The notes: generated by a model not told the origin, from the letters alone. DNA of 63,015 nt, filler included, from Octopus bimaculoides (GCF_001194135.2; 6 parts of 5 records of this genome joined end to end with filler, not necessarily neighbours in it); one strand, 5' to 3'. Counted from the whole stretch's first letter, positions 12,221 through 28,719 are shown. Numbers and translations are program-made.

Positions 12221-12347
12221 GAGAGGGATAACTCCCTTGGCAAACAGGACACAGTCGTGTGTCGATAAGCCAGCTGGAGGAGATGTCCTCCTGGGGCTAA
12301 AAGCAACAGTAACATCCACCCCTAGGGGTCAGCCACACTTAAGTGGC
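12221..12347 (+). other. Run of five hairpins/palindromes downstream of the hammerhead
   Basis: GAGGGA-taac-TCCCTT, GACACA-gtcg-TGTGTC, GGAGGA-gatg-TCCTCC, ACCCCTAGGGGT and GCCAC-acttaa-GTGGC. Confidence 0.75.
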
Positions 12348-13250
12348 AATATACTACACTTTATCGTGCAGTTACTGTTAATACTTCATTTAGAGAATTA
12401 ACATTGCTTGTTTTCACCTTTTCAATATCAGTGAAGAATGTCACTGGAAAAGAAGATATAAGGTTTGCNNNNNNNNNNNNNNNNNNNNNNNNNNNNNNNN
12501 NNNNNNNNNNNNNNNNNNNNNNNNNNNNNNNNNNNNNNNNNNNNNNNNNNNNNNNNNNNNNNNNNNNNNNNNNNNNNNNNNNNNNNNNNNNNNNNNNNNN
12601 NNNNNNNNNNNNNNNNNNNNNNNNNNNNNNNNNNNNNNNNNNNNNNNNNNNNNNNNNNNNNNNNNNNNNNNNNNNNNNNNNNNNNNNNNNNNNNNNNNNN
12701 NNNNNNNNNNNNNNNNNNNNNNNNNNNNNNNNNNNNNNNNNNNNNNNNNNNNNNNNNNNNNNNNNNNNNNNNNNNNNNNNNNNNNNNNNNNNNNNNNNNN
12801 NNNNNNNNNNNNNNNNNNNNNNNNNNNNNNNNNNNNNNNNNNNNNNNNNNNNNNNNNNNNNNNNNNNNNNNNNNNNNNNNNNNNNNNNNNNNNNNNNNNN
12901 NNNNNNNNNNNNNNNNNNNNNNNNNNNNNNNNNNNNNNNNNNNNNNNNNNNNNNNNNNNNNNNNNNNNNNNNNNNNNNNNNNNNNNNNNNNNNNNNNNNN
13001 NNNNNNNNNNNNNNNNNNNNNNNNNNNNNNNNNNNNNNNNNNNNNNNNNNNNNNNNNNNNNNNNNNNNNNNNNNNNNNNNNNNNNNNNNNNNNNNNNNNN
13101 AATAAAAATTATTAATTAATTAATAAATTAAAAATAAATAAATTTGTGTACTTCATTGCTAGAATGAACCTCTTAAAATTCAACTATTTCTGTTTCAATA
13201 CACGCTTTTAGAAAAATCTTGTGAAATAAATACACTACGCAATACTCCCC

Positions 13251-13295
<45 letters not shown>

Positions 13296-13521
13296 ACATA
13301 CATATATGCATGCGTGCACACACGCATAAGCACGCACATACATGCAGGCATGCACGTACATGTACACGCTTATACTTAAACATACACATATATATATACC
13401 CACATATACATACATAAATTCACATATAACGTGCCTTTATGTATATTTGAGTATGTGGTATATAAATGTGTTTCCATGTATGCGTTTGTGTATGTGAAAG
13501 AGAAACAGATATATAGAGAGT

Positions 13522-13563
<42 letters not shown>

Positions 13564-14305
13564 GAAAGAGAGAGAGAGATAGATAGAGAGAGAGAGTGTG
13601 TGTGTGTGAGTGTGTGTCTATGTGTGTGCGCGCACACACGTTTGGTAAATGGTTTGATGGGGAGGCAGTGAAGTAATTTGCAAAGTCGATTTATTGGTTA
13701 GCAGATACACAAAAGTTCCCTATATGGCCAAATTTTTTTCTTAGTAAGTCCGCCCTTTCAGAGACTATTTTATCAACCCCAATCTTATTCAACAATATTT
13801 TTTTTTTCGACTTCCCATAATCATTTCTGTTTACCTAACTTTTTGGTTGAAAGCCTCTTTCTCTTCTCTTTCCCCTGATCTCACTAACCCGAAGTTTCAT
13901 ACCTTCATAGCACCCCTACATACTTCCTCCTTCCCCTGAATGCTTCTTATATATATTTCTTTTTCTCTAATCTAACACCGTACACATTTCATAGCAGTCT
14001 TCTCTCTTTACTTCGTCTCCCCCCGCCTTTTCTTATTCTGTCTTTAACACTTTTTATTCCATTTCTTTTTCCTCTCTGCACACACTTTCTCTCTCTATCC
14101 ATGGCCGTTACAGTAGGTTTCAAACTAATCCCTATGGCAGACATATCTGTTGCTTCAACATTGAGGGACTACTCTAGTATTTAAGGGTTAGAAAAGCTAG
14201 CACTTCTTATGGCGGATTTGAACTTAACATTTATTCATTTAGCATTTAATATTCTCTCGTCAGTGTATATATGTGTGTATATATATATCCCTTGCAGATT
14301 TGACT

Positions 14306-14362
<57 letters not shown>

Positions 14363-14865
14363 NNNNNNNNNNNNNNNNNNNNNNNNNNNNNNNNNNNNNN
14401 NNNNNNNNNNNNNNNNNNNNNNNNNNNNNNNNNNNNNNNNNNNNNNNNNNNNNNNNNNNNNNNNNNNNNNNNNNNNNNNNNNNNNNNNNNNNNNNNNNNN
14501 NNNNNNNNNNNNNNNNNNNNNNNNNNNNNNNNNNNNNNNNNNNNNNNNNNNNNNNNNNNNNNNNNNNNNNNNNNNNNNNNNNNNNNNNNNNNNNNNNNNN
14601 NNNNNNNNNNNNNNNNNNNNNNNNNNNNNNNNNNNNNNNNNNNNNNNNNNNNNNNNNNNNNNNNNNNNNNNNNNNNNNNNNNNNNNNNNNNNNNNNNNNN
14701 NNNNNNNNNNNNNNNNNNNNNNNNNNNNNNNNNNNNNNNNNNNNNNNNNNNNNNNNNNNNNNNNNNNNNNNNNNNNNNNNNNNNNNNNNNNNNNNNNNNN
14801 NNNNNNNNNNNNNNNNNNNNNNNNNNNNNNNNNNNNNNNNNNATATATATATATATATATATATA

Positions 14866-15072
14866 TATAATACAAATAATAAATGAGTATATGCATATAT
14901 ACGTACATGTATGTACATACCTACATCTACATGTATATATAGATGTATATCTGGGTACAAGACGTTGCAAAAAACATGGACAAAATGATAAACAGAGTAC
15001 AGAAAACATACAGGCCACATAGAGAACATTTCCTTCATCAGCTGCCACCATTCTAAAACTAAGCGTTTCGAA
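14866..15072 (-). repeat. Dispersed ~210-bp repeat in a (TA)n context (copy 2, inverted relative to 11249-11460)
   Basis: Minus strand reads cttcgaaacgcttagttttagaatggtggcagctgatgaaggaaatg...gcatatactcat. Flanked by (TA)n on both sides. Confidence 0.75.
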
Positions 15073-15144
15073 GAGTTATATATATATATATATATATATA
15101 CACACGCATATATGTGTATGCGTGTGTGTATGTGTGTGTCCTCT

Positions 15145-15345
15145 ATAGGAGCAAGGCGTGATATTCAGATCGAAAGGGCTAGTCAATTACATCGACCACC
15201 CGCCTCCCCTCAGAGCTCAACTGGTATTTATTTTAACGACCCCGAGAGGATGAAAGGTAAAGTTGATCTTAGATGATTTAACTTAGAACGTAAAGTCGGA
15301 AGAAAAACTACTAGCCATTCCGACCGGCGTCAACTCGCCTTGTGT
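15145..15345 (-). mobile_element. SINE family A, degenerate copy
   Basis: Shares the gacccc...aggatgaaaggtaaagttgatct...ttagaacgtaaag body. Confidence 0.75.
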
Positions 15346-15375
15346 ATGTATGCATTATATCCATGTATGTGTTAT

Positions 15376-15604
15376 TTCTTTACTACCCACAAGGGGCTAC
15401 ACACAGAGGGGACAAACAAGGACAGACAAACGGATTAAATCGATTATATCGACCCCAGTGCGTAACTGGTACTTATTTAATCGACCCCGAAAGGATGAAA
15501 GGCAAAGTCGACCTCGGCGGAATTTGAACCCAGAACGTAGCGGGCAGACGAAATACCGCTAAGCATTTCGCCCGGCGTGCTAACGTTTCTGCCAGCTCGC
15601 CGCC
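15376..15604 (-). mobile_element. SINE family A, well-preserved copy
   Basis: Minus strand starts GGCGGCGAGCTGGCAGAAACGTTAG (A-box-like) and contains GGGTTCAAATTCC (B-box). Confidence 0.9.
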
Positions 15605-15668
15605 ATATCCATGTATATGTGGATAGCTGGCTGGCTGGCTGGCTGGCTGGTTGGATGATTGTGCATTT

Positions 15669-15763
<95 letters not shown>

Positions 15764-16153
15764 GGTATAGTTTTATGCTTATTTCTCTGCTAGTTGTAAA
15801 ATATTCTGCATATACGCCTCTGTGTGTTTGATGTTTGCATGTGCGCCACTAGAGCAGAAGTATACGATTACAAAAGTAATCCTCATCCCGCTGGTTTGAC
15901 GACTGTGTTTATCAAAACTTGGGAGAATAAGTCGATGTGTTTGATAACGTTAAAATGATTTAAACATTTATAACTTGTCCTGCACTATGGCGAATAAAGG
16001 AGAATGATATGGGTATAAATTCTATTTTGTTTTCAGTTAGTAAAAAGGAGGTGAAAAAAGTTTAATAAATAATTGGTGTTGTGGCTGGTATTTGTCAGTC
16101 TAAAGACCATTGGATTACCGGAAGACATTGTGTATCATGAGTATTTGTGATAA

Positions 16154-16367
16154 TACGAGGGATTGCTGAAAAGCTCCTGGCTTGGGATGAAAGAAAATAC
16201 AGGTGGATCAGTTATGATTTTATTCAATATATTTCCCTCTCAGATTCGCACACTTATGCAGCGGTCCTTCAGCTTTTCTAAGTCCTGTAAAAGAATTCGG
16301 AAGGCTGCACCTCCAAACAGGCCTTTCGCGACACCCTTAAATGCCAGGAACTTTTCAGTGCCCTCTA
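16154..16367. mobile_element. Mariner-derived MITE with both TIRs and TA ends
   Basis: Left tacgagggattgctgaaaagctcctggc and right gccaggaacttttcagtgccctcta. The interior minus frame LLQDLEKLKDRCISVR resembles a mariner C-terminus. Confidence 0.8.
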
Positions 16368-16469
16368 ATACTTGAGCCCTAGGATTCATAAGATTGGTTT
16401 CTCGGTTTCCGTGGTATATATGTGACCGAGATGACAACGTTCCTCTGAAGGAAACATCGGTTCGTTGTA

Positions 16470-16655
16470 GGGTTTAAGATCAGCAATTTTGGGAGAAGGG
16501 AACAAACTGATTACACCGATCTCAGCATTTGATTATCACTTTATTTTGTCGATCCCGAAGACACAAAAGGTAAATTTGTCCGCGGAGGGATTCGAACCCA
16601 GAAAGTAAAGATACCGAAGAAATGCTGCAACCGATTCTGCCAACTCACCGCTTAA
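16470..16655 (-). mobile_element. SINE family A, degenerate copy
   Basis: gtcgatcccgaagacacaaaaggtaaatttgtccgcggagggattcgaacccaga...ctgccaactcaccg. Confidence 0.7.
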
Positions 16656-17489
16656 TAGGCAAATGTAGATATAGATAAAAAAAAGAAGAAGAAAATAATC
16701 ATTGCATATGATTTACATAAGATGCATTAGATGCACAATTGTGTTTGCATCTCTACATGTGTATGTATATGCGGGCAGATGAATAGGTACGCTTTTCGTC
16801 TGCATCTGATATACTCTTGTCCTTTTTTAGCACTATATGTCTATACGAGATGCTTTCTTGGGATGAATATCGCCTTTTCGTGTTTTTTACTGCATGTCCA
16901 CGTTAAGTACGATATACAGAATACTTCTTTGAAATAATACTGCTTGTGTCGCTAATAACGAATTTTTATCCAGAAAAAATAAATTATATCTTTAGATTCA
17001 ATTATATTTTATTTCTAGCATGAATATAAGTTAACCACCTTCCATATTTCCAGTTAATTTCGGTTAGATCTCTTGAATTAAAACCAAATAATTTTTTAAT
17101 GCTATAATTTGAAGAAAGATCGTGAAAGTTAACAAATGTCACCACCAACTAATGAATGTATAAACTCAATAAACTTGATACTAATTACAAGGATTGTGGT
17201 GGGGATGAAGAAAATTATCATCATAATTTTTATCTTAATAATTCGGTGAAAGTGACACCTAGTAAAGGAATTGATGTTAATATCCGAGTACAGTCCAACC
17301 CGCAATGCACGAAAAAAAAAAAAAAAACTTACATGGAAAATAATTTTTCAATGTTACATAACCAGTAACATAACCAGTAACCAACATAATTTGTAACATT
17401 GTAAATTGTAAATTTGTAACCAATTTGTAACACAACCAGTAACCAACATAATATTTTCTGTAACTAAAAACAACGACAACGATAGATTA

Positions 17490-17527
17490 TCTATATATAT
17501 AAAAATGAGAATGTGTGTGTGTGTGTG

Positions 17528-17570
<43 letters not shown>

Positions 17571-17806
17571 GTGAATCCCTAAAACTCGAGAACTACGCAA
17601 TCAATTTCATTCAAATTTTACACATGCCTTACTTAGGGTTCCAGTTGTGTTTTAGTCAAAAACATTTTTAACTTCTTGCAGAGTTCGAGCCCACGGTAAC
17701 ATAATATCTCCTCCACTATTTAAAGTATTACGTGTCAAAAGTGAAACAAAAACACTCATGTCAAATACTTTCACTTTAAAAATGAAACTATTCCACTAAC
17801 TGAAAC
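17490..17806 (+). mobile_element. Non-autonomous Helitron-like element, 5' part
   Basis: A|TC-TATATATATAAAA start, then (GT)n(CTGT)n and aaaactcgagaactacgcaatcaatttcattcaaattttacac. This is the typical 5' layout of invertebrate non-autonomous Helitrons. The 3' end is lost in a gap. Confidence 0.6.
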
Positions 17807-17906
17807 NNNNNNNNNNNNNNNNNNNNNNNNNNNNNNNNNNNNNNNNNNNNTTAATTAATTAANNNNNNNNNNNNNNNNNNNNNNNNNNNNNNNNNNNNNN
17901 NNNNNN
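17807..17906. other. Assembly spacer: 44 N + TTAATTAATTAA + 44 N (the 12-mer recurs at 29198, 46129, 48386 and 56211)
   Basis: An identical 12-mer with stops in all six frames sits centred in ~100-bp N gaps. Confidence 0.95.
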
Positions 17907-18564
17907 GTACACATGCGTCATACAGTCTGATTTTTACTCTGAGTGAGAGTCCCTTTGTCGCCAGCAGAGGTAAGAGCTCTCTAAACTTTGCCCAGGCTAT
18001 TCTTATTCTAGCAGTTACACTTTCAGCGCACCCACCCCCACTACTAACTTGGTCACCCAGATAGTGGAAGCTATCGACTACCTCTAGTTTTTCTCCCTGG
18101 AATGAGATAGAAGTTGTTTCCTGTTTGTTTACAGTGTTTATTGCACCTGAACATCTGCCACATACAAAAACTAACTTCGTAGTTAATCTGCCTTTGATAT
18201 TGCTTCTGCCTGTTGTTGTTGTTGATGATGATGATGTTGTTGTTGTTGTTGTTGTTACTTTTACTTTTAATCTGCATCTTTGTCACAGTCATTTGCCCAG
18301 ACACATCCAGCATCCCGGGGCGAGTGAAGGATAAGAGATGTGACAATATAACTGAAAGCTTGGGGTGGGGAAGTAGTGAAAATTCTTTGTGTAAACCACA
18401 CAGACATTTAAATGTCTGTGTGGTATTACACACAGTAATACTTATATATTACTGTGTGTAATACCTCAGTAATACACACTGGGGTTGATGTAATTGACTT
18501 AATCTCTTTCCCCAAAATTGTTATCCCTGTGGCAAAATTTGAAACCATTCTTATCATCATTCTG

Positions 18565-18775
18565 CCAGCGAGCTGGCAAAATCCTTAGTTTGCTGGGTGA
18601 AATGTTTAGCAGTATTTCATCTATTGCTATGTTCTGAGTTCAAATTCTGCTGAGGTCGACTTTGCTGTTCGCCCTTTCTGGGCCAATAAATTAAGTGCCT
18701 GTGAAACACTGGGGTTGATGTAATCGACCAGTACCCTCCCCCAAAATTTCAGGCCTTGTGCTTTTATTACAAAGG
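18565..18775 (+). mobile_element. SINE family A
   Basis: gcgagctggcaaaatccttag...ctgagttcaaattctgctgaggtcgactttgc...aaaatttcaggccttgtgc. Confidence 0.85.
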
Positions 18776-19289
18776 ATTATTATTATTATTGTCTTTTATC
18801 CACTTCCTCATCACCGCCACTACCATCACTGTTATTATTACATTTATCTAAGAAGAAAAGAAATCCAATTGAAATACAATATGGTGTTTATCAATCGCCA
18901 CTTCAGAATAAATATTCCAAAATATCTATACTTTTTGATAAAGCAAAATATGGGAAACTATTAAAATTTTTCATATTTATTGTTTATAAAGTGTCAAAGA
19001 ACGTTTATAAATATTTATATATGTATATAAATGTGTACATCAACACACACACACACACACACACACACGTTCATATAGACACACGTACACACACATACAC
19101 ACAGAAATATATTTATATATTGTGTGTATATTTATATATTTTTCAATTTGAACAGTGGAAAAAGTTTCTTTGAATCTGTTCAACTTCTGTCTTTCCCACT
19201 TTATAGTTTTGAAAGAGTTTTAGTCAGATTGATACTTTGTTAGATGTACATACATACATACATATATAGACATACATATATATATATAT

Positions 19290-19358
<69 letters not shown>

Positions 19359-19619
19359 NNNNNNNNNNNNNNNNNNNNNNNNNNNNNNNNNNNNNNNNNN
19401 NNNNNNNNNNNNNNNNNNNNNNNNNNNNNNNNNNNNNNNNNNNNNNNNNNNNNNNNNNNNNNNNNNNNNNNNNNNNNNNNNNNNNNNNNNNNNNNNNNNN
19501 NNNNNNNNNNNNNNNNNNNNNNNNNNNNNNNNNNNNNNNNNNNNNNNNNNNNNNNNNNNNNNNNNNNNNNNNNNNNNNNNNNNNNNNNNNNNNNNNNNNN
19601 NNNNNNNNNNNNNNNNNNN

Positions 19620-19662
<43 letters not shown>

Positions 19663-20767
19663 GTATGTATGCATTTGTGTGTGTGTGTATGTAAATATAT
19701 ATCTTTATTTATAGAAGTTTGAGTGTAATAAAACAATGCAGTATAACAATAGTATTATTAATGATGATGACAACGATGATGATGATGATAATTTCCTTGA
19801 ATAAATTTCAGGGAAAAATGACGCAACAAAAGTTAAGAAAAGATTGTTTTGGGAATTTACAAATAGTAAATAAAGTAGATAAAACAAATGAAAACAACGC
19901 ACAAAAAAAAAAAACAATGCATAAATGAAAGTTCTCTCAATCCATCCATGTTATTTTCTTACTGTTTTTCTTTTTTTAAATAATTTCGTATAATTTTAGA
20001 TTTTGTTTAAAAATTTTATCTAATTTTTGCATTAATAATTATTGTAGTAAAAATATCTCAGATTGAGTTTTCAAATTCTTCTGGCTTGATAAAATTAAAT
20101 AAATTTTGTTGTTGCTAAATTGTTTAATTTTTTAATTTTTATCTCTCTGTCTCTCTCTCTATGACATTTATATTTATTAATTTTCTTATTTAATTTCCCC
20201 CCGCCCCTTTGCATGTATTTTGACATTATATATTTATGTGTGTGCGTGTATATATATACATACATACATATATATACATACACTCACATATATATATGTG
20301 TATACACACACACATATATATATACATATATATATACATATATATATNNNNNNNNNNNNNNNNNNNNNNNNNNNNNNNNNNNNNNNNNNNNNNNNNNNNN
20401 NNNNNNNNNNNNNNNNNNNNNNNNNNNNNNNNNNNNNNNNNNNNNNNATATATAGATATTTTTAGTACTATATTTATCAATAGAACATTTTTTTCAAATA
20501 GTAATTGTTGGTATAAACTTTTACTGTTGCTGGTGCACTTTCTTCTTCATGTTACTTGAATAATAATAATAATAATAACAATCATAATAATATATGAGAA
20601 GATGAGCAATGGTGATGATGGTGGTAATGGTCATGATAGATGATGATGATTGTGATGCTGATGATGAGGTAAAAGCTAGTTGGTTTCAAGATGATAAAAA
20701 TAACAATGATGTTGACTGATGTTGTTGATGATACGAGTGGTTGTCATAATGCCATAGATAATATATT

Positions 20768-21499
<732 letters not shown>

Positions 21500-21524
21500 A
21501 ATAATAATAATAATAATAATAATA

Positions 21525-23415
21525 AATGCTGGAGATGTAAGAATTTCATGTGGCATTTTTCAGTTTGACTCACTATGACCACTCCTTTTTTGTCTAGCCT
21601 TAATACCTTTCTTAAAATTGCTCAACGATGCACAGTACAGTTATAAAATGTCTCATAAAAATATAAATCATCTCATTTACATGGATGATTCAAAGCTATT
21701 TGCAAAAAATGACCAACAACTCAAGGGCTTACTAGCGATTGTTAAACAATTCAGTGATGATATCAGGATGCAATTTGGCCTTGATAAATGTGCAAAAGCT
21801 ACCTTTATCAAAGGAAAATTGACAGAAACATATAATGCTAACCTTGACCAACAGAATGTCAAAAAAGTGTTAGAACCAGCGGAGATCTACAAATACCTAG
21901 GGGTAATTGGGGGACAGATTCAAACATGCAGTGACAAGGGAAAGGATCAGAAGAGAATGTTATCACAGGGTGAGAGAAATACTGAAGACAGAGCTGAATG
22001 CAAGAAACAGGATTGAAGCAATCAATGCATTAGCCATATCAGTCGTGACTTACAGTTTCAATATCATTAACTGGCCAAATATGTAATCTTGACAGAAAAA
22101 TACGGAAATTGTTGACAATGCATAAAATGCACCACACTAAGGCAGATATAGAACGACTTTATCTGCCAAGAAAAGAAGGAGGCTGTGGATTTTACAACTG
22201 GCATTAAGAATGAAGATTGCCACAATTGGCCTAGACACCTACCTGAAAAACTCTGAGGAGTGGATGATAAAACTTGTCTCAAAACATGAAAACAAGAAAA
22301 CATCATACTCAGTAACAAAACAGGCAAAGGAATATCTAAGTGAATTCCAAATACAACAAATTCCAGAATTAGACATACTAGAAACAAGTGCAGGAAAAGC
22401 TAAGTGTATAAAAACCCATGCTAAAACTGCTGTCTTAGATATTCTTACTGATAAATGGCAAGAAAAACTTCTCAATGGCAAATACCCAAAGAAAGTGAAT
22501 AATGCCGATGTTGACAAAGCTCTTACCCATCAATGGCTAATGGCTTCTGGCTTAAGATCAGAAACAGAAGGGTTCATCATAGCAGCCCAAGATAAATGCC
22601 TACCTACAAGGAACTACCAGGCCAACATATTAAAGAATGGCAGCTCCCCAATATGTCATGTTTGTCAACAACAAAATGAGACCATTGATCATGTTGTCAC
22701 CAAGTGCAGTTTCCTTGTGCCTACAGAGTATCTTAACAGGCATGATAGAGTTGCACAATATATTCACTGGATAATTTGCAAAAACCTGGAGTTGCCCCAT
22801 GATAAAAACTGGTGGGAACACAAACCACCCCCAGTGCTTGGAAATGATCACATCTCACTCCTCTGGAACTTCTCCATTCAAACTGATAGAAAGATAGATG
22901 CAAATAGGCCTGACATCATATTGAAAGACTTCAGACAAAAATCATGCCTCCTCATTGATATGACTGTCCTGATCGATATAAACATATCTGTCAAGACCTA
23001 CCAAAACTGAGCAAGTATAAAGATCTTGAAAAAGAAATTAGCAAAATGTGGAACCTGAAGACTAAAACAATACCTGTTGTCATAGGTGCCCTGGGAATGA
23101 CAGCGAAACGGGCTTATTACTACCTAGCTCAGATACCAGGAAACCCCAAAATGGCTGAAGTTCAAAAGATAGTACTCATAGGAACTGCCCATATCCTACG
23201 TAAAATACTGTCTATGTAATTTCAAATTTTAAAACAAACTCATAATTTTCTTATAGTTTCTTAAACATTCTCTAGAACAACACTATGTACAAGACCAAAT
23301 ATATGGCACCTTAGACATAACGCCAACATGAACTTCTAACTTGTTGTCTCTTGAAATCTCTGGGTGAGACTTGGAGCCAACTTGTACAAATACAAAGGAA
23401 AAGTCAAACATATAT
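21525..23415 (+). mobile_element. 5'-truncated R4/Dong-type non-LTR retrotransposon (RT, CCHC, REL endonuclease, 3' UTR), inserted in (TAA)n
   Basis: GIFQFDSL..LLFCLALIP, HLIYMDDSKLF, FGLDKCA, YKYLG, ETEGFIIAAQD, CHVCQQQNETIDHVVTKC, RHDRVA and NRPDII..LIDMTV. (AAT)n lies on both sides. Confidence 0.92.
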
Positions 23416-23426
23416 TAATAATAATG

Positions 23427-23457
<31 letters not shown>

Positions 23458-23514
23458 CAACAACAACAACAACAGCAGCAACAACAATAATAATAATGAT
23501 CATCATCTTCATTT

Positions 23515-25475
<1,961 letters not shown>

Positions 25476-25556
25476 AAGGATTATCATTGCTATTATTCTT
25501 CTTCTTCTCCTTCTTCTTCTCCTTCTTCTTCTTCTTCTTCTTCTTATTATTATTAG

Positions 25557-26196
25557 TGGCTGTGTGGTAAGTAGCTTGCTTACCAACCACATGGTTCCGG
25601 GTTCAGTCCCACTGCATGGCACCTTGGGCAAGTGTCTTCTTCTATAGCCTCGGGCCGACCAAAGCCTTGTGAGTAGATTTGGTAGACGGAAACTGAAAGA
25701 AGCCCGTCGTATATATGTATATATNNNNNNNNNNNNNNNNNNNNNNNNNNNNNNNNNNNNNNNNNNNNNNNNNNNNNNNNNNNNNNNNNNNNNNNNNNNN
25801 NNNNNNNNNNNNNNNNNNNNNNNNNNNNNNNNNNNNNNNNNNNNNNNNNNNNNNNNNNNNNNNNNNNNNNNNNNNNNNNNNNNNNNNNNNNNNNNNNNNN
25901 NNNNNNNNNNNNNNNNNNNNNNNNNNNNNNNNNNNNNNNNNNNNNNNNNNNNNNNNNNNNNNNNNNNNNNNNNNNNNNNNNNNNNNNNNNNNNNNNNNNN
26001 NNNNNNNNNNNNNNNNNNNNNNNNNNNNNNNNNNGGTGTGTTTACGTCCCCGTAACTTAGCGGTTCGGCAAAAGTGACCGATAGAATAAGTACAAGGCTT
26101 CCGAAGAATAAGTCTTGGGGTCGATTTGCTCGACTAAAGGCAGTACTCCAGCATGGCCACAGTCAAATGACTGAAACAAATAAAAGAGTAAAAGAG
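25557..26196 (+). mobile_element. SINE family B (internal microsatellite lost in gap)
   Basis: tggctgtgtggtaagtagcttgc...ccgggttcagtcccac head and ccagcatggccacagtcaaatgactgaaacaaataaaagag tail. Confidence 0.9.
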
Positions 26197-26279
<83 letters not shown>

Positions 26280-26681
26280 CAGTGGCAGTGGCAGCAGTAG
26301 CAGAAGCCGCAGAAAAGCAGCAGTGTTGAGTACATGAAAACAAAAACACATTTCATGAAAATCTAAATGACATGTTTATTTTAAGATCAAAACTACCAGA
26401 GATAAAAGAAGATTAATAATGATAATAATATCACCACCACTATCACCGCCACCACCACCACAACAACAACAACAGCAGCAGCAAACAACAAAAGCACTAA
26501 AAAGATAAAGTAAAGAATTAAATAGGAATATAAATTTAATAAAATAAGCCAAAAGTAAAAAGCAAAAGTGATATTTTATTAAGTTTGTAACATGTCTTAG
26601 ACTGTAACACGTTTACTCATTGCTTTGTATTTTTAAGTAAAAGGCCAACAGCAAAAGTTGAAAATAGTGGGTATTCAGAAG

Positions 26682-26740
<59 letters not shown>

Positions 26741-26846
26741 ATACACATATGTATGTATAATACCTAAATGTTATATCTAAATACAACTATTGTTCAAACA
26801 TATATGTGCATGAATATATGTATGTAAATATATGTATGTAAATATG

Positions 26847-26881
<35 letters not shown>

Positions 26882-27166
26882 ATAATGTATGATATATGTA
26901 TACACATAAAGCATTTATAAACTAGTATTGAACTTGTAAATAGAAGTGTAATGGTTGGGTGAAGATAGGTGCGATGGTGACAGTGGTACCGAAGATGGAG
27001 GGAGATTGGGTGGGTCGGATTTCTAAGATTACTTTTACCAAACTTATCACACAAAATATTATTTTCTTCCTGCTGCCGCTTCTTCCTCTTCTTCTTCTTC
27101 TTTGCATTATTATTATTATTATTATTGTTGTTGTTGTTGTTGCTGTTATTATTATTATTATTATTA

Positions 27167-27208
<42 letters not shown>

Positions 27209-27748
27209 CTGCCTTTGCTAAGGTAGAGGTATTGTTTTCAGTCGTGTTTATTTGTTTGTTTATCCATGGACAAGATATCTCCAGAACCGCTGGATGAATT
27301 CAAACGAAACTTGCAGGAATGTTTGGCCGTGTGACTGGCACAAACTGATTAGATTTTGGGATCAATCTAGTTTCGGGCAAGGATTCTGGATTATTTTTCC
27401 TGTATTTTTACTTAATTTTTGAGAGCAGTTTTTAGTATTCTTTTTCGTGAGAGCAGTCAAGTTTATTTCAGATATTCTCATTTTAAAAATCATCTCCAGC
27501 TAATCGTTGAGAGGATGTTGGTGTTGACTTGGGAGAAGTTTGCACTCTCTGAGTGCTCTTATCATTATTATTATTATTATCATTATTATTATTATTATTA
27601 TTATTATTGTTCAGTAGTTTTATTTTTATAACGTGCTTTCACTTCACTACCGGGCGCAGCTCTGTGCGCCTTGGGTATGTGCTGTGGTTTGCTGTGGTGC
27701 TCTCATGTTTACTGTATTGAAAGTGTTTTGCGTAGAATATTATTATTA

Positions 27749-27809
<61 letters not shown>

Positions 27810-27837
27810 CATTATTATTAATAATAATATTATTATT

Positions 27838-28169
27838 GAGTGAGAGAGCAGTGTATGCCATCGAAGTGACACTAGGGTACAAATATATGAAGCCCAAAAT
27901 ACTCATCATGACTACCTATCTGATAAGAGTACATGAGGCACATGCACCACGACCATATGTGCATGACATGGTGATCTCATATCAAGATAATCAGAGACGC
28001 ACATATTGTCAGCTACAAAGGGACATGCTCAACTAGTTACAGTCAAACAACTGACAAAGAAATCTGTGGCATTAAGCAGAATATTTACTGTAGCCCATCT
28101 TTGATACCAAGACAAAACAATGTACATGATAACACTTCCAATCAGTTAAGATCAAAAGCCATGAGCGCC
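27838..28169 (-). mobile_element. Internally deleted copy of the ~555-bp element, flanked by (ATT)n
   Basis: Reverse complement matches 20970-21150 and 21345-21499. Confidence 0.8.
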
Positions 28170-28185
28170 ATTATTATTATTATTA

Positions 28186-28237
<52 letters not shown>

Positions 28238-28634
28238 CATTATTATAATGTTGTTATTGTTGTTTTTTTACTTCTTTCTTCAAATTTTCTTCCATTTCTC
28301 GCCGAGTGTTTTGCGTACACCTAGGGCAGAGAAGCTCATTGTATGCATTCCCAGTTTACACACGCAAATTCACAGGTAGAATATGTGTTTAAATAAAAAC
28401 TAATAAATAAATAAATTCAAGAATGGATGTTGTTTTCACAGTGATAATGCTCTTCTCAGTACATGAGTTGTCCCAGTTAACACGATTTTTTGTACTTCCT
28501 GTAGGGGTGGTAAGCCTGGTATCATTTTCAAATAGGTTTCAGTACCTTTTTTTATCATTCCTAGAGATTCTACAATCACTGGTACAGTAGTCACCTTGAG
28601 ATGCCACATTTTTTCAATTATTATTATTATTATA

Positions 28635-28692
<58 letters not shown>

Positions 28693-28719
28693 CATTATTA
28701 TTATTATTGACAGGAGTTA

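Noticed and set aside
15376-15604. SINE heads as tRNA genes
   Set aside because: A/B boxes are present but there is no cloverleaf or acceptor stem, and they continue into SINE bodies.
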